From the IMG/VR virus record IMGVR_UViG_3300037188_000016, positions 1-37,551 of that record: a stretch of 37,551 nt of DNA. One strand, written 5' to 3'. The DNA comes from a virus. Lineage: Duplodnaviria > Caudoviricetes. The notes beneath the pieces were generated by a model. It worked only from the letters and a program-made list of their open reading frames with translations, was not told the origin of the DNA and ran no database searches. The first letter of the stretch is position 1. Each line of letters begins with the position of its first letter. This document shows positions 37,276 to 37,551 of the stretch, piece after piece. The translations under genes were made by a program, and so were the position numbers.

Positions 37276-37551
37276 TTATAGACAAATATCAGACAGTTTG
37301 TGACGTATAAATCCTCTTGGGTTATATCCTTGCATATGGACACTAGAATCATTCATGTCTTTTAAGTTTTCCCAATCAGAGTAATAGCTTTTGTATTCAG
37401 CAAACTTTGATTCATAAATATCTTCGCTGATGTCTCTGGATAAAAAAACATAACTCACTTGTGGGATATCATGGCGACGATTTGTATATTCATAGCTGTC
37501 TGTCATGCCATCAAAATGACCCAGCTTGTATTTGCTGGTTATTTCCTCAAC
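37276..37551 (-). CDS. 3' part of the LPD29-like protein, 5'-truncated at the window edge
   Basis: The frame is open to the window end: VEEITSKYKLGHFDGMTDSYEY...; GHFDGMTDxYEY is the LPD29-type motif. Confidence 0.7.
   Translation of the reverse strand, partial: VEEITSKYKLGHFDGMTDSYEYTNRRHDIPQVSYVFLSRDISEDIYESKFAEYKSYYSDWENLKDMNDSSVHMQGYNPRGFIRHKLSDICL

Noticed and set aside
1-37551. Assigning a specific host (Legionellales-like impression)
   Set aside because: The cues are indirect (AT-rich DNA, Csp type, CsrA-like sites); homology or spacer matches would be needed.

Overview
The window is almost certainly a near-complete (~37.6 kb, probably circular) genome of a P22-like podovirus. One leftward gene appears to be split between the two ends of the window. 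From left to right: (1) a rightward virion operon (0.3-21.7 kb) with small and large terminase, P22-type portal, scaffold, coat, head-tail/DNA-stabilisation proteins, three ejection proteins, and tail and Gly-rich fibre proteins; (2) GH24 lysozyme and a VRR-NUC nuclease; (3) a ParA plus small ParG-like partition cassette flanked by two 8-bp-period repeat arrays; (4) a secreted transglutaminase-like gene; (5) a leftward early operon (RecE-like nuclease, RecT, SF2 helicase) ending in a ~525-nt non-coding tract; (6) a rightward operon (Cro-like regulator, SPFH protein, lambda-O-like initiator with internal iterons, cold-shock protein); (7) a second leftward operon. No integrase, CI-type repressor or clear holin is visible, which suggests a phage-plasmid lifestyle. 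The most notable observations are: a tandem array of five CCA-terminated RNAs, of which only one is a canonical tRNA (Tyr); Shine-Dalgarno GGA motifs displayed in hairpin loops in front of many virion genes, a CsrA/RsmA-like architecture; a DnaA-box cluster separate from the iteron origin; an antisense 26-aa membrane peptide gene after the ejection genes; and a gene interrupted by one in-frame TAA. All family calls come from motif recognition and synteny, not database searches.
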